Shown here: in pieces, positions 32,321 to 43,378 of the stretch
Layout: each line of letters begins with the position of its first letter
Position numbering within the stretch: the stretch's first letter is position 1
Assembly: GCA_963715935.1 (NCBI GenBank)
Contig: CAVQSM010000006.1
Span: forward strand, 19,314 to 83,313
Direction of reading: 5' to 3'
DNA: 64,000 bases
DNA from: an uncultured Chloroflexia bacterium
Lineage (GTDB): Bacteria; Chloroflexota; Anaerolineae; Promineifilales; Promineifilaceae
The notes under the pieces: generated by a model
Told to the model about the DNA's origin: nothing
Database searches by the model: none
Seen by the model: the letters and a program-made list of their open reading frames with translations, nothing else
Program-made: the position numbers and the translations under genes

Positions 32321-35300
32321 ATGATCCTGCGTACCCACGCCCGACCGTTGTTCTTTTCATTCTTCATAGCCCTGACGTATGCTGCTCGTCCTGCTGGCGG
32401 GCGACCGTTCCTTCGTCGCCGCGCAAGAAGCGCCGGAAGGTCGGCCGGCGGTGCGCTACAGTGATGAGGCGGACCGACCGGTGGTGGAGTTGCCTGCGGT
32501 TAACCCCGACGGGATGGTCCTGCCAGAACCGTTTCTTCGCGCCGGCGATGCCGCGAATGTTCGCTACAGCCGTGTTGTCTACCACAATCTTGTAGGCAAC
32601 AGCTGGGACATCTTCATCAGCGATGATGGTGGCGGCCATCTGCGGCAACTGACGTCCGGTTCGGCGTCAGAGGTGACACCGGACCTGAAACGTGGCGGAG
32701 AAGAGATTGTCTACGTCAGTAACGAGGGCGGCGACACTGAAATCCGGGTGATGGATAGCGACGGCCGCAACGTCCGGGTTCTGACTAACAACGACAGCGC
32801 CGAGGCACGGCCGGTCTGGTCTCCCGATGGCAGTCGAATTGCCTTCGTCTCCGATCGGGACGGACAGGCGGAGATCTACACGATGCTTCCGGATGGCTCG
32901 GATCAGCGGCGGCTGACTGCCAATGCCGCCTTTGATGGGGATCCCGCATGGTCACCAGACGGCTCGCAGATCGTATTTTCATCCGGTCGAACCGGCGCGT
33001 ACCGCTTGTTCGTCATGGACGCAGATGGCCGCAACTTGCGCCAGCTAACCACAACGCCAGTCAGCATCAAGCCAACGTGGTCGCCCGACGGCCAGCGAAT
33101 AGCTTACAGCGCTGATGCAGATATGGACGGCTGGCTGGACCTGCATGTGGTGAACGCCGACGGAAGTGGAGAGAGCGTGCTCGTGAATCCGACCGGCAAT
33201 GCTGATGCCTGGGCGCGAAGCTGGTCGCCCGGACGGCCGCTATGTCGCCTACACTCGAATCGCCTACGTCAGCTACCAGGGCAATTGGTACATCCAGTCA
33301 ACAGCCATGCGAAAGCTGCAAGTGGAAGGATCGTTCGCCGAGGCCGGTATACCGTCCAGTGGCTACCCGTTTGACCCGTCGTGGCAGTCTCTGGATACGG
33401 CCCCACCAAAGTCGCAGATCGAATCGCTTCCAACCTACGCGCCAGCAGCATTTGAAGTCCATTGGAGCAGCGAAGATATTGGGATAGGCATCGGGCGAAC
33501 CGAGCTACAAATGCGCATTGATGACGGTCCTTGGCTCGACTGGAGAACCGATCCGCCGTCAGCGACGATAGAGGTGACAGGCGTTGCCGGTCAACGCCTG
33601 GCGTTTCGCAGTAGGGCAGTCGACCTGCACTATAATGTGGAACCTTGGCCAACCACAGCGGACGCGGAAACCACCATTGAGTCGTGGCCACCGCGAACCA
33701 GCATGTCCCGATTCTTCCCTTACACACGGACGAGCGGACCATTATTCGTGGCGTGGGGTGGCATCGATCCTGGGGGTTCCGGGATTTTGTCTTACGATGT
33801 TCAGTATCGCATTGCTGGCGGTACATGGGTAGATTGGCAAACCGATACTACCCTGACCAGCGCTATTTTCGGCCCCAGGCCCTTCGGTTTGGGTGTTCCG
33901 GTTTCATTCCGAGTTCGTGCGCGGGACAGAGCCACCAACCTTCAACCCTGGTCGAGCCTAGACCTCGCCACGACAGTTGCTTATCGTTGGGCAGTCACCG
34001 GACAAATCACCGACAATGTCGGCACGCCACTGGCGCAAATAGATTCACACTCCAATCGTCCTACCTTTGGACAGCTGTCCACGAATCGGGACGGGCAGTA
34101 CAGAATTCTTAGCGACGCCACGACGACAGATTCCACGATTTCGTGGGCCAAAAGCCCCTACGGCACTTTGCCGCAGACTACCTTCGTCACGAGCATGGAC
34201 CAACGCGCGGACCTCGTTCTGCCGCCGCAAGACAATCTGCTCTCCGGGGGTCAATTCGAGCAAGACTGGCCCGATCCGGCGTGGTCTGTTAGCGGCTCGC
34301 TACCCGTCGACACAGCAATGACTGGTCGTAGCTCAGGACGCCTGGGGTTGCAGTTTGGCCAGCCGGGGCACGACCTTGACTCAGAAAGCTCGCCAACCGT
34401 AGAGGACCTTCCAAGGCTAAACCATCTATTCGTCGTCGAAAACGATCGTCTCGTAGCAGTGCCCGTGGGTAGACAGGGTTATTCCATGGAGAGAAACAAG
34501 GACGGGTCATGGTCAGAGCCGCAAGAGTTTGTCGAAACCGCTTACGACTATAGCCTCGTACAGGATGAAAGTGGTCAGATTCATTTTGTGTCGACTGATG
34601 ATCGCAAGCTATTCTATCGCCAGCGCGATCCTTCGGGCCTTTGGTCTACCCCCGAACATCCAGCAAGCGAACTTGAGCAACCGGTGGTGGTGAAACTCTT
34701 TATCGGTCGGAATAACCGCTTGGGGCTTTTGGTCTATGCACGCGACACGACAGGGGCAACTCATGGACAATGGCACTTGCTACTGCGCACTCCCTCAGGA
34801 TGGTCAGAGCCGGAAGCCTTTGCGATACTTCCCGCCAGCCACGGGCCAACAAGCACCACTTATGGGGCCTTCTTGGCCGGAGGCGCGATTCAGGCTATCT
34901 GGTTTGAGAGAGATAGGAATGATAACCTAATGCTGCTCGCGCGCGAGCGGTTCCCGAACGGGGAATGGGGAGATGCCGAGCTTCTCTCCTATGTACCGTA
35001 TCAGAGTAAATTATATGAGCCACTGTTGGACGAGAAGGGCAGAATACATCTGTATTGGCGGCGCGAGCCGGGTGTGTTCACCAATGACATAAGAAAGATC
35101 TTTTACAGACAGTACACCGCCGGGGCCTGGCAGCCGATGGAACTTGTGATAGAAAATGAGTTGCCGAGACTTCTGGAGCCATCTACCCTGTCTGAGTATG
35201 GAGAACCCCGCCTGTTCGTGATTGGCCGGAGTGGAGACCTGCTCCGAATTGATCGCGAGGCGAGTGGCTGGGCTGAACCGGTAATCGTGGACTCGCCCCC

Positions 35301-36267
35301 ACAGGATGCTGAAACTGTTGTTGATGGCCTTATTCGCGTTGACACACGTGGTCAGACTCATGTGATCTATTACTATTCCTCTGCCAGCCTATCCCACTAT
35401 TTGCTACGATACCAAGTTGTCAGGCCAGATGGCACAGTCGCAGGACCAGGAATGACAATTGATTCGGAAGGTGGATTAGAAGGTCTTTGGTGGGCGGCCG
35501 TCCTAGATGGCCGAGATAGACTCCATATCGCTTCAATTAGGTACAAAAGCAGTGGGGGGCAGCATATCTGGTACGCCGGCCCCGCCCACATCGCCCAACC
35601 CGGCGATGCGACCGTCACCCAATCCGTCAACATCCCTGCCGACATGACCAACCCGGTGCTCTCCTTCCTTTACAAGAGCAGCGACGACAACGCCTTCGAG
35701 GTCGAGGCGGGCGGGACGCTGCGCGATCTGCCGGCGGCCGCTTTCGACATGGCCCACCACTGGCTGGACATGTCCCCCACGCCGGGGAGACGATCAGCGT
35801 CACCTTCCGGCTGCGGCAGGCGGCCAACCGGCCGGCGGCCTGGGCCATGCTCGATGACGTGTCGCTTGGCTCGGCCCATCCGGATGTCGCTCTGAGGGCT
35901 GGAGCGGGAGCGCGCTGCCGGGCAGAGCGGACCACGCTGCGGCTGACGGCCGCCAACCCCGGCGCGCTGCCCGCCGAGCCGGTCACGCTGACGCTGCAAC
36001 TGCCGCCGGAGCTGTCGTTCGTCTCCGCCGTGCCCGCGCCGGATGGGAATGCGCCGCCGATGTGGAATCTGGGCGCGTTGGCCCCCGGCGAGACGGCGAC
36101 GGTTGACATAACCGTACGTGTCGGCGGGACGGCCGCCCCGTTCGCGCTGCTGCGCTCGACGGCCGCGCTGGAAACGGCCGGTGAGCTGGAGACGGCCAAC
36201 AACACCGTCGAGCTGCGCACGCGCGTGGCCCGGACGGTCTGGCTGCCGGGAATGGCCGGGGAGTAGA
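32321..36267 (+). CDS. Large secreted protein: TolB-like PD40 repeats, Fn3-like domains, BNR-like repeats and a C-terminal DUF11-like domain (frameshifted)
   Basis: Repeated P.WSPDG..I.F.S motifs; FRSRAVD and FRVRARD Fn3-like ends; WNLGALAPGETATV...ETANN; ends TVWLPGMAGE*. Confidence 0.75.
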
Positions 36268-36419
36268 ATAGCGAGCGGTCCTGGACCATGCAGCGGCCGC
36301 GAAAGATCCCGCCGGATCGCAAAGAGCCGGGCTTCCTGAGGAAACCCGGCTCCCTGTCTGATCTCCGAACGCGCTGCTCCCGCCAGGGGCAGCGCGTTCA
36401 GGTGTTTGATCAGAACGGT

Positions 36420-37943
36420 TTACGAACCGGGGATGACCATCAGCATGAGCTGGCCAGATTCGCGCTTGTAGAGCACGCCGTCGATCAGCTCTTCATCAAC
36501 GTAAGTGCCGTGTCCCTGGACATCCAGCAGCCACGCACCGGGACCGAACCATTCGGAGGCATCGACAATGCCGCTCGACTCGCCATCCGGATCGTTGACC
36601 GTAGCAGCCACGCTCCATGTGCCGCCGGAGAACTCGTACCACCAGATCGCGGCGTTGTCGGTGTCTTCCTGCACCATCAGGCTGTTGGCGCTGGTCTCGA
36701 CGTTGTCGGGGCTGGTGAAGGGCACGTACACGGACGAGCCGGGCGCATCGCCATCAGCGAAGACAGAGAAGCTGTCCACCATACGCGGGTTCTTCTTGTT
36801 CATGACGAACTTGTAGATACGGCCGTTATCAGCCTGACCGACCGTTCCGCTGGGACCGCGCATCAGGCGACCGGTCGTTGGATCGGGTACGACGCGGCTC
36901 GCGCCTGTGTCAGCGACGTAGACAACGCGTGGTTCGTTGCGATCATAAGCCAGGTCTTCCAGCCGGATGAATTGGAAGACATTGTGGTCGTTGGACCACT
37001 GCTCAAGCGCATCCTGCGGGGCATCTCCCGTCACGCCGCGAGCAATCCGCTTGGGAACGCGAATGAACTGTCCCTGCCAATCGTCACCGGGCTGGATGTC
37101 CAGGTAATCATTGGCATTGTTGAACGGATTATTCCGCTTGACGCGACCGTCGTTGGTGTGGGTCACACGGAACGCCCAGAGGCTGCCGTTGTCGTTCCAC
37201 AGCTGCTTTTCGTTGTTGGCGAGGTAGAGATACAACTGCGAAGACGGGGCATTGAACGTGTCATCTCCTGAGAGCATGGCGATCTGATTCCAGCCGCCGG
37301 GGACCACGACGGTGTTCTCGTGGTTGTGACGGCCCATGCCGGGCACGTCGCGGTATTCGCCTGTTTCGGTGTCGAGGATAACCGCATAGCCGCCCTGACG
37401 CTGGGGGTCGAGCGCCTTGTCGGGACCATACGGTGCCCCAAGCGGCACGTCTACAATGTCGTTGGTCTCCTCACCGGTGAAGAACGTGTAGGTGGAGAAC
37501 CCTTCCGCAGGTCCGGCCATGAAGGCCGAGCAGAAGCGCAGGTAGCCATCCGAGGCCGGAATAGCCACGTTCCCGCCCAACACCTCCGCCGTTGCCGTGT
37601 CCAATGTCCATGACGTGACAGACGCATCCTCGAAATCGGCCCTGCCAAAGAAGGGGACCGTACTTTGCTCGTGGGTGACGTAAACGTCAACCGTTCCAGC
37701 GCTCGGTCCGGGAGCCAGCCCGATCCCGTCGGGAATGCCCTCAAAGAGCACGCCGCCAACTGACTCGCCACTACTGATGATAGCGGTCACGGAGGAGCCG
37801 GCGGGAACGCCGGGATCCAGGGTGATATACGGGGCCTCCGGCGTCAGGAATCCCGGACCCGCCGCTACGAGAGCGGGGATCGCGGCAATCATGATCAGGA
37901 CGACCGCCAACAACGGCAAACGATACTTCCGAGATCTGGACAT
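36420..37943 (-). CDS. Secreted PhoX-like alkaline phosphatase family protein
   Basis: Signal peptide; RFCSA, GMGRHNHEN, RLEDL, SPDNV, QEDT, ESSGI, LLDVQGH motifs. Confidence 0.8.
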   Translation of the reverse strand: MSRSRKYRLPLLAVVLIMIAAIPALVAAGPGFLTPEAPYITLDPGVPAGSSVTAIISSGESVGGVLFEGIPDGIGLAPGPSAGTVDVYVTHEQSTVPFFGRADFEDASVTSWTLDTATAEVLGGNVAIPASDGYLRFCSAFMAGPAEGFSTYTFFTGEETNDIVDVPLGAPYGPDKALDPQRQGGYAVILDTETGEYRDVPGMGRHNHENTVVVPGGWNQIAMLSGDDTFNAPSSQLYLYLANNEKQLWNDNGSLWAFRVTHTNDGRVKRNNPFNNANDYLDIQPGDDWQGQFIRVPKRIARGVTGDAPQDALEQWSNDHNVFQFIRLEDLAYDRNEPRVVYVADTGASRVVPDPTTGRLMRGPSGTVGQADNGRIYKFVMNKKNPRMVDSFSVFADGDAPGSSVYVPFTSPDNVETSANSLMVQEDTDNAAIWWYEFSGGTWSVAATVNDPDGESSGIVDASEWFGPGAWLLDVQGHGTYVDEELIDGVLYKRESGQLMLMVIPGS

Positions 37944-38373
37944 GTTTCTCTCCTGTTTGTACGCTAGTCAGAATGGATGCGGGGCGTGCACGTTCGGCGA
38001 GACCGAGCCAGGCACAATTTTTATTATTGATCCAAACGGAATCAATTGCAATAGTCAATTGGTCGCATACGTCAAAATTGGTCTGTGTTGGTGAGGGCAG
38101 GGGCCGTGCTCTGGAATCAGGTTCGGATGGTCATGGGTCGGGCTGCGGCGGACGATTGATCCGCACGCGCCGCGTCCGTTATGCTGATGTGCCCACCCCA
38201 TGCCAGGGCTGATTATCGCTTCGTTGACACCCCATGCTTCCTTCCCTTATACTGAGACCAGGTAGTTAGGGCCATTGCCTCATCGCCTGCTGGGGGAGCC
38301 AAACTCCAGGACGCCGGTTTGCTGGCCCAACCGGCTGCACTTTCGCATCTGGCGAGAGGAAAGGGGAGTTGCC

Positions 38374-38595
38374 ATGAAATACCGCGTGCATCGTTTCAAT
38401 GTCAAAGGTTTCTCGCTCGACGAGGACAAGCTGGAGCAGTTTCTGAACGATTTGAAGGGTGAAGTGTTGGCAATCGTGCCGAACATCGTCCCGCTGCCCG
38501 GCGCTCATATTGACCGGCTGCTCATCGTCGAGCAGGTATACTCAGCGAAAGATCAGATCGAGATCTTGAAAGAGGCTGAGAAAGTCGGCGTCTGA
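38374..38595 (+). CDS. Small hypothetical protein
   Basis: GGGGAG RBS; MKYRVHRFNVK...LEQFLNDLKGEVLAIVPN. Confidence 0.7.
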   Translation: MKYRVHRFNVKGFSLDEDKLEQFLNDLKGEVLAIVPNIVPLPGAHIDRLLIVEQVYSAKDQIEILKEAEKVGV

Positions 38596-38757
38596 CGCCT
38601 CAGCAGCGGCATCGGGCAGCGATTCATCGCCAGTCGTTTCACGGAGGTCGTAGGTCAGCCTGCCTGTCCAGACCGCTTTCAATCGCCTGCCGCACTGCTT
38701 CGTCGTCGCCGGTGACCGGGTTGAGGACGATATTGCCGCGGCCGGCTGGCGGAACGG

Positions 38758-39606
38758 TCATATCGTGTGGCCGGCCTCGCGGAGCTTCTCTTTGATGGCC
38801 GGCAGCGCCATTTCCGCCTGCTCCCGCCCCCGGGCGATCAGCGTGTCGGTGTAGTCCACATCGAGAATAGAGATGTAGTGGTCGGGCTTCAGGTCGAGCA
38901 CCACAACGGGCACATCGGAGGTCAGCGCCAGATTTTCACGCGTGAGCGCTACCTGCGTCTGTAAGAGAAGATCGATGCTGTGGAGCAGCATATCTATGGC
39001 CGTTTGGCGTTCCTCGAGCGGCTGAAGCTGGGTAAGGATGTTGAAGCCGACGATGGCCGTCGCGCCCCGGTCGACGGCCGCTTGCAAGGGCAGTGCCGCA
39101 ACGATGCCGCCGTCGCCGAAGTGCCGCCCTTTGTAAAGCGTGGGCGGTTGCAGGGGCATAATGGCCGCGCTGCTCATAACGGCGGAAACGACTTCGTCGT
39201 CGGGGTCGTCGCCAAATAGATACAGCGTGCCGTCGTCGATGTCGGTGGCCGCCAGATAGCAGGCAAGCTCCAGGTCTCCCAGCCGATCGCCGTCAAAATA
39301 GTGGGTCAGGATCGACTCCATGCCGTCGTGGTCAAAGAGACTCTGGCGCCGCAGCATCAGGTTGGCCATCGCATGGGGAATGCCGCCGCGGAATATGTCT
39401 TCAAAATTGGTGCGGTTGAACAACGCTTGCAGCTCGTCGATGGCCCCCACCGTAGGCGACTTGGCCAGCCAGGCGGCAGTCAGCGCACCGATGGAACTGC
39501 CGAGCACCATATCGGGCCTGATGCCGGCCTTGAACAGCGTTTCCACCGCCCCGGCCTGCATAGCGCCCCGACTGCTGCCTGCTCCTAAAACAAAAGCGAG
39601 AGTCAT
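38758..39606 (-). CDS. Patatin-like phospholipase
   Basis: LGAGSSRG, GSSIG nucleophile elbow, DGG motif. Confidence 0.9.
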   Translation of the reverse strand: MTLAFVLGAGSSRGAMQAGAVETLFKAGIRPDMVLGSSIGALTAAWLAKSPTVGAIDELQALFNRTNFEDIFRGGIPHAMANLMLRRQSLFDHDGMESILTHYFDGDRLGDLELACYLAATDIDDGTLYLFGDDPDDEVVSAVMSSAAIMPLQPPTLYKGRHFGDGGIVAALPLQAAVDRGATAIVGFNILTQLQPLEERQTAIDMLLHSIDLLLQTQVALTRENLALTSDVPVVVLDLKPDHYISILDVDYTDTLIARGREQAEMALPAIKEKLREAGHTI

Positions 39607-39716
39607 CAGGTTGTGTGTTGGGTCGGCGGGCCGCCATTTGAAGTCAGGCGACCCACCGGCAGAAGCGGCCGGGTGTCAATGGAGACAAATCCCGGCCGCA
39701 CTTTGATTCATAGAGC

Positions 39717-39926
39717 TTACCTGTTATCGAACCAGTCGTCGACTTCACGCTCGGCTTCGGCGTGGGACTTGCCGTACCGTTCCTGGATCTTGCCGACCAA
39801 CTTCTCGCGGTTGCCTTCGATCTGGTCCAGTTCGTCGTCGGTCAACTCGCCCCAACGTCGCTGGATGTCGCCCTTGAACTGCTTCCAATTGCCTTTCAGG
39901 ATATCTTCGTTAATAGTCATTGTCAT
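39717..39926 (-). CDS. csbD: CsbD/YjbJ family stress protein
   Basis: KGNWKQFKG...WGELTDDEL...LVGKIQERYG; GGAGG RBS. Confidence 0.93.
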   Translation of the reverse strand: MTMTINEDILKGNWKQFKGDIQRRWGELTDDELDQIEGNREKLVGKIQERYGKSHAEAEREVDDWFDNR

Positions 39927-40190
39927 ACCTCCGTCTTCACTAAGCGGGCCAGATTATCAACCTCAACTGCCACACGATCCGTCTGGCCGGCGGGGCGGGT
40001 GGTAACTTACACGTTCATCATAGGGCAGACCGGGGGGCAATCCAATAGGCCGTAGTCCATGCGCCAGATATAGAAAAGATATAGATGTCGACACGCCGCT
40101 TTGCCCGGAATGGATTCCTCTCGCTACAATAGATGGACGCGGCATATGACGGAGCAGTGCCAGACGGCGTATTTACCAAGGAGACATTGT

Positions 40191-41060
40191 ATGGAAGCAA
40201 CACTGGAAGATCTTGGCGCTCGGTTGAATGACTTCTTGAACCAGGCGTTCGAGCGCGGACCCTTGATCCTGATTGCGATTTTCATATTTATCCTGACGCT
40301 GTGGCTGGCGCGTATCATATCGCGGTATGTGGGCAGGCTGCTGGCCGACCGGGGTCGCTCGGCCAATGCCACGACAGTTGTCATTCTGCTCACCCGCTGG
40401 TCAATCATCATCGGGGGGACGTTGCTGGCCCTGGCCTTTGCTGTGCCGTCATTCGACCTGGCCAATCTCATCTCGATTCTAGGTATTGGCAGTGTGGCTA
40501 TTGGCTTCGCCTTTCGCGATATCTTCCAGAATTTTCTGGCGGGGCTGATCATCCTGCTGACTGACACGTTCCAGATTGGCGACCAGATCATCATCCCCAA
40601 CGAGAACCTGGAAGGGACGGTGACCGAGATCGACACGCGGGCGACGACGATTGAGACATACGACCAGCGCGAGATCATCATCCCCAACTCAATTCTGTTC
40701 ACCAACCCGGTCATGGTCAACACTTCCACCGACCGGCTGCGCAGCGAATACGAAGTCGGTATTGCCTACGACGCCGATATTGACACGGTCAGCGCGCTGC
40801 TCATTGAAGCGATCAAGGGCGTTGAGGGCGTGATGGCGGAGCCGGGGCCGGATGTGCTGGTGAAGGAGTTTGGCGACTCCAGCGTCGTCCTGCGGGCCAG
40901 ATGGTGGACCGACTCCTACCGCAGTACAGTCGTGCGCACTCGCAGCGCGGTGGGCCGGCAGATTAAGTACACATTCGACGCCAACGGCATCGAGATTCCG
41001 TTCCCCATCCGCACGCTCTATGTGCGGAACGAGGTGGGCGTGCGGATGGCGGAAGAGTAG
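40191..41060 (+). CDS. mscS: Small-conductance mechanosensitive channel family protein
   Basis: AAGGAG RBS; LGIGSVAIGFAFRDIFQNFLAG, FQIGD, IPNS, GIEIPFP. Confidence 0.92.
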   Translation: MEATLEDLGARLNDFLNQAFERGPLILIAIFIFILTLWLARIISRYVGRLLADRGRSANATTVVILLTRWSIIIGGTLLALAFAVPSFDLANLISILGIGSVAIGFAFRDIFQNFLAGLIILLTDTFQIGDQIIIPNENLEGTVTEIDTRATTIETYDQREIIIPNSILFTNPVMVNTSTDRLRSEYEVGIAYDADIDTVSALLIEAIKGVEGVMAEPGPDVLVKEFGDSSVVLRARWWTDSYRSTVVRTRSAVGRQIKYTFDANGIEIPFPIRTLYVRNEVGVRMAEE

Positions 41061-41137
41061 TCAGCCGATCCGGCCTGAATGGTCGAATACCTTGCAGCCA
41101 GGCACACCAGGTAGTTGCAACCAACTTGAAGGCAACC

Positions 41138-41170
41138 AGAAACCGGGTTTTTTTGAAAAACCCGGTTTCT
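41138..41170. repeat. REP-like palindrome AGAAACCGGGTTTTTT-G-AAAAACCCGGTTTCT
   Basis: Near-identical copy at about 44839-44871; related copies at about 36323 and 41800. Confidence 0.8.
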
Positions 41171-41190
41171 ACCCTTTCTACGCCCCGCCA

Positions 41191-41297
41191 ATCAACCATC
41201 CGGTTGACTGCACAATCCACCCCCTGCCGGCCCAACTTCCACCGGCTGATGGATTACAAAACGCTGGCCGCCCCGCTATCCTATTACCAGTTATCCA
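41191..41297 (+). promoter_or_regulatory. Promoter with TCAACC-N4-GGTTGA operator, paralogous to 44303-44408
   Basis: TCAACCATCCGGTTGA, TTCCACCG, TTACAAAACG and TATCCTAT blocks occur in the same order at both sites. Confidence 0.65.
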
Positions 41298-41322
41298 CAC
41301 ACACAGTTTTAGGAGAAATGAA

Positions 41323-41778
41323 ATGACCGCAACAAATGAAATGCCCCCCTCGTCGTCGTCGAATCGAAAGGCCATCTGAGCCGCCTGCTCTGGGTCAGCC
41401 CGCTGGCTGATGCTCGTCTCATCGGCCGTCAATCTGGGCCTCTACGCCGCCGCCGGACGGTTCTTCCCCGAAGTGGCCGCCTGGTCCGGGGCCGGCCCAC
41501 GCAGATCCATCTGGCGCCACCATCGTCTACCTGCTCATCGGCACGATTGTCTTCGCTCTGACAGCGCGGTTCGCTCGTTGCCCGGCGCGGACCTGCACGT
41601 TCTGGTCCACCATCGGCCTGTTGTTCTCGCTGTTCATGCCCATCTCGGCCGCATTCGGTTTCGGCGCACCGGGCGCACCCGTACCCGACATGGCCACTGT
41701 GGCCACGCTCAGTCTGATGCACGTCGCCGCCTACGCCATCAGCGTGCCCATGTTCGACCTGGCATGGCGCTGGACTAA
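41323..41778 (+). CDS. Small membrane protein (frameshifted)
   Basis: AGGAG RBS; hydrophobic segments ending in TLSLMHVAA. Confidence 0.6.
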
Positions 41779-41864
41779 GGCGACCGCAAGAGATAGAGTG
41801 GGAAACCGGGTTGGGGAGGCGAGGATGCTCCACCAGCCCGGTTTCCCTGAATGCGAGGTATCTC

Positions 41865-42710
41865 ATGACCCAACCAACTCACCCGCTTTTTGATGCTTAC
41901 CCGCTCGACGGCGAACACAGTATTTCCACCGGCAGCGTGCCCACGCCCTACCACATCTACGACGGCCACGGTCTGCTCATCGGTGGAACGGCCGACCTGG
42001 CTTCGGCCAAAGCGCTCTTGCAGCATGAGGATGTTGTCCCGTTGGAAACGACGGCAGGCCGGGCTGTGGCCGGTGTCTGGGTGGTCGATGGAACGGCCGC
42101 CAGCCTGGGGCCGCATATTGAATTGCAGGTCAGTCTGCTGGTGGCCCACCAGCCCCAACCACCGATCGACGACCACCCGCTGACACTGCTCAAAGCGCTG
42201 TCGGTTAATCCGCAGGCGCGCATGTTCTGTCACGGACTGTGGAACAACACCGCGACGGTCGTGGCCTACAACCGCGAACTGCTGGGCCTCGACGCCCGGC
42301 TGTGCGAGGGCGAAATCGACCGGGCCGACGGCCGCAAACAGTTCCGCATCACCGATGAGGCGGGGGCGCTGCTTGCTGAGGGCACGGTGCGGGAAGATGA
42401 ACGGCCGTCTTCGAAGATGGCCTGGTCGTTGCTCCTGCGGCTGCTGGGCGTGCGCCAAATGATGGCTGCTGCTTCCGAAGGGTGGCTGGGGGCCAGTGTG
42501 GTCAATCCCAAGAGCGATGCCCTCCCGCTCAATGGTGACGCCCAGACCTATGTGGCCGCCGATACACCCGTCGTCCAGCTCTTCGACCCGGCGACCGACA
42601 GTCTGACGCTGGGGCCGGAGGCCGACGCGGGCCTAGCGTTCCGGCCCTCGTTTCTTGAACATTTCAGCCCATTTCGATTCGTCTACCTCTCTCCTGTCCG
42701 CGCTGCCTAG
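41865..42710 (+). CDS. Acetoacetate decarboxylase-like fold hypothetical protein
   Basis: GAGG RBS; VPTPYHIYDG...ASLGPHIELQVSLLV; the fold assignment is tentative. Confidence 0.55.
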   Translation: MTQPTHPLFDAYPLDGEHSISTGSVPTPYHIYDGHGLLIGGTADLASAKALLQHEDVVPLETTAGRAVAGVWVVDGTAASLGPHIELQVSLLVAHQPQPPIDDHPLTLLKALSVNPQARMFCHGLWNNTATVVAYNRELLGLDARLCEGEIDRADGRKQFRITDEAGALLAEGTVREDERPSSKMAWSLLLRLLGVRQMMAAASEGWLGASVVNPKSDALPLNGDAQTYVAADTPVVQLFDPATDSLTLGPEADAGLAFRPSFLEHFSPFRFVYLSPVRAA

Positions 42711-42791
42711 CGGTGGAAGACAAGGTGTTCGACGACCTCGACCTGTCTTGTTGTGCTGAAACAATCTGAAGTCGGCCGAAAGGAGGCCATT

Positions 42792-43298
42792 ATGAGCAGT
42801 TTGGGATGGATTCACGTTGTGTTTGGGATGGTTGCTTTGCTGGCCGGCGCCGCCGTCCTGCTCATCCGCAAAGGTACGCGCTCGCACCGCACGCTGGGGC
42901 ACGTCTACCTGACCAGCATGATTGGCCTGAACGCGACGGCTCTCTTCATTTACAATTTATACGGCCACTTTGGCCCTTTCCATTGGCTCGCGCTTAGCAG
43001 TCTGCTCACGCTGACTGCGGGCATGGTGCCGGTGTTGCTCCGGCGACCGCGCGGCCGTTGGCTGGAGTGGCACGCCATCTTTATGGACATGTCCTACGTC
43101 GGTCTGGTGGCGGCCACAGCGGCCGAGATTACCAGCCGCATCCCGGGCACGGAAGATAGCTTCGGCCTGGTGGTCACCGTCACAAGTGTGGCTATCATTG
43201 GAATTGGCACGGCGCTGATGTGGCGTAGCCTGCCCGGAAGCATCCGGGGCACACCACACCAGGCGCGTCGGGTTTCGCAGACACAGCCGTCGCAGTAG
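42792..43298 (+). CDS. DUF2306-like membrane protein
   Basis: AAGGAGG RBS; WIHV, KGTRSHRTLGHVY, FGPFHWLA. Confidence 0.8.
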   Translation: MSSLGWIHVVFGMVALLAGAAVLLIRKGTRSHRTLGHVYLTSMIGLNATALFIYNLYGHFGPFHWLALSSLLTLTAGMVPVLLRRPRGRWLEWHAIFMDMSYVGLVAATAAEITSRIPGTEDSFGLVVTVTSVAIIGIGTALMWRSLPGSIRGTPHQARRVSQTQPSQ

Positions 43299-43378
43299 AC
43301 AACCGGTTACAGCTTATAGACAGATAAGGGCGGTCGGGTTGCTCCAGCAACTCGGCCGCCCACCCAAAGAGAACTACC

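Noticed and set aside
29742-32360. 872-aa minus-strand ORF and similar long antisense ORFs (24019-25302, 44870-46198, 56960-58234)
   Set aside because: These are shadow frames of well-supported opposite-strand genes in GC-rich DNA and have no motifs.
38240-38370. Structured leader or riboswitch upstream of the small gene at 38374
   Set aside because: Hairpins are possible but I recognise no riboswitch consensus; it would need an Rfam/Infernal search.
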